Position numbers and translations under genes: made by a program. Of a DNA stretch of 64,000 bases, positions 60,322 through 64,000 are shown one piece after another. Within the stretch, counting starts at the first letter, position 1. Each line of letters starts with the position of its first letter. The notes under the pieces are model-generated. The model worked only from the letters and a program-made list of their open reading frames with translations, had not been told where the DNA came from and searched no databases. The stretch comes from Camelus dromedarius (taxonomy: Eukaryota), in NCBI RefSeq assembly GCF_036321535.1, contig NC_087437.1, positions 15,254,001 to 15,318,000 of the forward strand, read 5' to 3'.

Positions 60322-62136
60322 AAAAGCTGGCTCTTCCCCTACAAATGGGGAGGGAGTATACTAAAACTGGCTTCCAATGAATGGAAAGGGTTATGAGGAA
60401 ATTTTCACCCACAAGAGGAAATCAGGTTTCAGTTAACGGGAAGAGATACAGCAGCACTATGAAAGAAAGAGTCAGAGGAGACCTCAAAGCAGCACTGGAG
60501 CGCCACAAGATAAAAGAGAAAGTCTCCGCAGAAAGGAGGACAGAGCAGGCAAACTACAGTGGATGGAGGGTGGAAAGGGGCTATGCTGGAAGGCGCACAG
60601 GAACAAGAGCACACAGCCATGGACTGAAGGGGAAAGCAGCATTTTGTTATTAGAATGCATAGAATTTCTCTATTCCAACCTAAGATGAAAAACATTTCAG
60701 TTGTTCGACTACAGTAACCAGACTTAAATTTTCTCACTGCCAATCCCAGCAAAGTGGGAATGTTGCTCTCTTGTTAGAAAATATGAAATTTGTTATAAAT
60801 TTATTTTTAAACAACCCAAATTCCAAACTGAAAACCATTAGTTATTTCTACAAAACTCTCAATATCCATCAAGAAAAATTCATTTTCTGCTAGACAATAT
60901 TAAGTTCATATTGGCCTGTATTCTACATGACCTGGCCTCTGTAGCTCAAGTTCAAATAATTCATTAGTTCAAAATTTTTTCCAAATAATTTTTAAAAGTT
61001 AACTATTAGTTTCCAAAGGTCAATTAGTGCCAATGACCAAACCACCTCCCATTAAAAAAGAGTCACCCTGACAGCACTTAAGAATACATTTCAGGGAGCT
61101 GTTCACATGTCCGTCTCCCCCACTACCCTGCACATCTCACAACAAGGCTGGGTTTAGTATATGTGCAGCTACTCAAATGTTAGATGCACTAATGGCTGCT
61201 GTTGATAGAAATCAACTACATTAAAGATGGATTTTAAGGGAAATGATATTTTTAAAAAAACATCAGGAATCAGTTAAAGCAGAAAAACAAAAGTGATGTC
61301 GTGGAAATAGAACTAAAGCAGAGGTTTTCCTAATAAGTAGCTGAGTGACCTTTGGCAATCAATTATTTAACCACCTTCTCCAGGCATCAATTTTCTCAAA
61401 ACAAGGGAGTTAAACCAGATGATATTAAAGTCCCTCCTCAGCCACAAAATTCTATTATTCTATGATATCATCCATGGTTTCCAAATGTCAGCCAAAACTC
61501 TATTATTCTATGACATCATCTACAGTTTCCAAATGCTAGTCAAAACTTAAACATTTATTTAGTCAAGATAATCTTCAAGGTTCTGAGGACAGTGTGGTAC
61601 ATGAGCCAGAGGAAAAAAGCCAAAACCACTTACGATGTATGAAACCACTTAATATTTTTTAATTCTTATTTTATTGACATGTAGTTGATTTACAATGTTA
61701 GTTTCATGTGTACAGCAAAGAAATTCAGTTATACTTATATACATACTCTTTTCCATTTCTTTTCTTTTCTCCAGATTCTTTTCCATTACAGCTCATTACA
61801 AAAAACTGAATATAGTTCCCTGTGCTGTAAGTAGGTCCTTGTTGTTTATCTATTTTACATACAGTAATGTGTATCTATTAATCCCAAATTCCTAAATTAT
61901 TCCTCCCCACCCCTTCCTCCCTGGTAACCAGTTTGTTCTCTATGTTCTTAAGTCTATTTCTGGTTTGTAAATAAAATTAGTGTCTTTTTTTTCTTAGATT
62001 CCACATATAAGTGACATTACAAGATTCTGTCTGACTTACTTCATTTAATATGATAATCTCTAGGTCCATCCATGTTGCTGCAAATGGCATTATTCCATTC
62101 ATTTTTTTATGGCTGGGTAATAGTCCATTAGTCTGT

Positions 62137-62138
<2 letters not shown>

Positions 62139-62188
<50 letters not shown>
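62139..62188. repeat. (TG)25 microsatellite inside L1
   Basis: Direct count. Confidence 0.97.
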
Positions 62189-62189
<1 letters not shown>

Positions 62190-62208
62190 ACTGTGTGTAC
62201 CATATCTT

Positions 62209-62524
62209 TTTTTTTTTTTAAAGGGTTAGCTCTAGCACTCATATCTTTAAAAAGTTTATATGAATATCTAGTCGAAACCAACAGGGTTCTCTCTCTTGAA
62301 ATGTTATATACACAAATTTCCAAGTAGATCACAAGGCTGTATACTTTCTTGGAATGTCCTCAGAAGGCTCTGTCATTGATAAAGTAACAGAATAAAAACC
62401 CAAGAGTCCTTTCTTTCAAATAGAGAAAGACAGGGATAGAAGAAACTATTCAAACTTCATCTTCTTTCCTTGTGGCTTGTGGTTTCCTCCTCTTCCTCCT
62501 CAGAAGCCTCCTTACCCTCTAAAG
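62209..62524 (-). pseudogene. NCL: 5'-truncated processed pseudogene of nucleolin (end of RGG tail, stop, proximal 3'UTR, poly(A))
   Basis: Minus-strand 62523-62446 reads FRG*GGF*GGRGGNHKPQGKKMKFE* versus the NCL C-terminus FGGRGGFRGGRGGGGDHKPQGKKTKFE*; downstream tttgaaagaaaggactct...caatgacagagccttctgaggacattccaaga...gatattcatataaactttttaaaga...tagagctaaccctt matches the recalled NCL 3'UTR; A13 tail; TSD accatatctt/accacatctt. Confidence 0.92.
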
Positions 62525-64000
62525 ACCACATCTTCTTTATCCAGTCATCTGTCGATGGACAGTTAGGTTGTTCCCATGTCTCGTCTACTGTAAATAATGC
62601 TGCTGTAAACACTGAGGTGCAGGTGTCTTTGTGAATTATATTTTTCTCAGGATATATGCTCGGGAGTGGGACTACTGGATCATAGGGTAAGTTTATTTTT
62701 AGTTTTTTAAGGAACCTCCATACTGTCCTCCATAGTGGCTGCACCAATTTACACTCCCACCAACAGCGTAGAAGGATTCTTTTTTCTTCACACCCTATCC
62801 GGCTTTTATTATTTTAATAGTAATATACTTTTTAATGATGGCCATTTTGACTGGTGTGAGGTGATACCTCATTGTAGTTTTGATTTGCATTTCTCTAACA
62901 ATTAGCAAGTGGAGCATCTTTTCATGTGCCTGTTAGGCAACTGGATATCTTCTTCTGCCCATTTTTTGATAGGATTGTTTGTTTTTTTTATACTAAGCTG
63001 TATGAGTTGTTTGTATATTTTGGAAATTAGTCCCTTGTCGGTCTCATCATTTGCAAATATCTTCTCCCATTCTGTAGGTTTTTTGTTTTTTTTTTTGACG
63101 GTATCCTTAGCTGTGCAAAAGCTTTTAAGTTTAATTAGGTCCAATTTGTTTATTTTTGCTTTTATTTCCATTACTCTAGGAGCTGGTTTGAAAAAAAAAT
63201 ATTGCTGCAATTTATGTCAGTGTTCTGCCTATGTTTTCCTAGGAGTTTTATAATATCCAGTCTTATATTTCAGTCTTTAATCCATTTTGAGTTTACTTTT
63301 GTATACAGTGTTAGAGAATGTTCTCATTTCATTCTTTTACAGGTAGCTGTCCAGTTTCCCAAGCACCACTTATTAAAGAGACTGTCTTTTCTCCATTGTA
63401 TATTCTTTCCTCCTTTCTCATAGATTAATTGACCATAAGTACATGGGTTTATTTCAAGATTTCCTATTCTATTCCATTGATCTATGTGGTTTTTGTGCCA
63501 GTACCATACTGTTTTGATTACTGTAACTTTGTAGTATAGTCTGAAGTCAGGGAGCATGATTCCCACAGCTCCATTCTTCTTTCTCAAGATTCTTTTGGCT
63601 ACTTGAGGTCTTTTGTGTTTCCATGAAATTGTAACATTTTTTGTTCCAGTTCTGTGAAAAATGCCATCAGTAATTTGATAGGGATTGCACTGAATCTGCA
63701 TATTGCCTTGGGTAGTGTGGCAATTTTAACAGTATTGATTCTTCCAGACTAAGAACATGATACATCTTTCCATCTGTTTGTGTCTCTTCAATTTCTTTCA
63801 TCAATGTCTTATAGTTTTTGGAGTACAGGTCTTTTGCCTCCTTAGGTAGATTTATTCCTAAATATTTTATTTTTTGATGTGACGGTAAATGGGATTGTTT
63901 CCTTAATTTCTTTTTCTGCCACTTCATTGTTAGTATATAGAAATGCGACTGATTCTGTATATTAATTTTGTATCCTGAAACTTTACCAAATTCATTGATG

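Larger units (their letters stand above)
61655..64000 (-). mobile_element. L1 ORF2 C-terminus and 3'UTR, same sense as RYK, runs off the window
   Basis: ORF2 peptides in ORFs 62902..63210, 63324..63701 and 63667..63927; 3' end tcaataaaataag on the minus strand. Confidence 0.95.

Noticed and set aside
62457..62747. L1 ORF2-acidic tail fusion ORF (SLEGKEASEEEEEETTSHK)
   Set aside because: Chance read-through from L1 into the NCL retrocopy in a non-native frame; no evidence of expression.
62902..63927. Reverse-transcriptase-related ORFs as an active or domesticated element
   Set aside because: Fragmented across frames with stops; ordinary dead L1 ORF2.
1..64000. CRISPR arrays, operons or other prokaryote-type systems; intronic snoRNA/miRNA genes
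   Set aside because: This is intron-rich mammalian DNA with no repeat-spacer arrays. I recognised no C/D, H/ACA or miRNA hairpin by eye, though an Infernal/Rfam scan would be needed to exclude them.

Overview
Mammalian genomic DNA, probably camelid given three tRNA-Ala-derived Vic-1-type SINEs and no recognisable Alu, B1, Bov-tA/BovB or PRE-1. The whole window lies inside RYK (Wnt-binding WIF-domain receptor tyrosine pseudokinase) on the minus strand. Twelve internal coding exons (2-13 by recalled human numbering, 47947 down to 3861) have GT-AG boundaries and join into an uninterrupted 1343-nt frame. Exon 1 lies beyond position 64000 and exons 14-15 lie before position 1. Introns are filled with L1, L2, MIR, MaLR/ERV LTRs, hAT DNA-transposon relics and microsatellites; almost all ORFs in the supplied track are noise or L1 ORF2 debris. 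The most notable observations are a 5'-truncated nucleolin (NCL) retrocopy nested in an L1 in intron 1, a TG/AG tandem acceptor at exon 8, a MER41-like solo LTR with decayed STAT sites, an inverted L1 pair bracketing exons 3-4, a probable short L1 3' transduction, an orphan L1 5' end and a strong CTCF motif. I find no support for a wholly new biological system. Repeat family names and human comparisons come from recall, not database searches.
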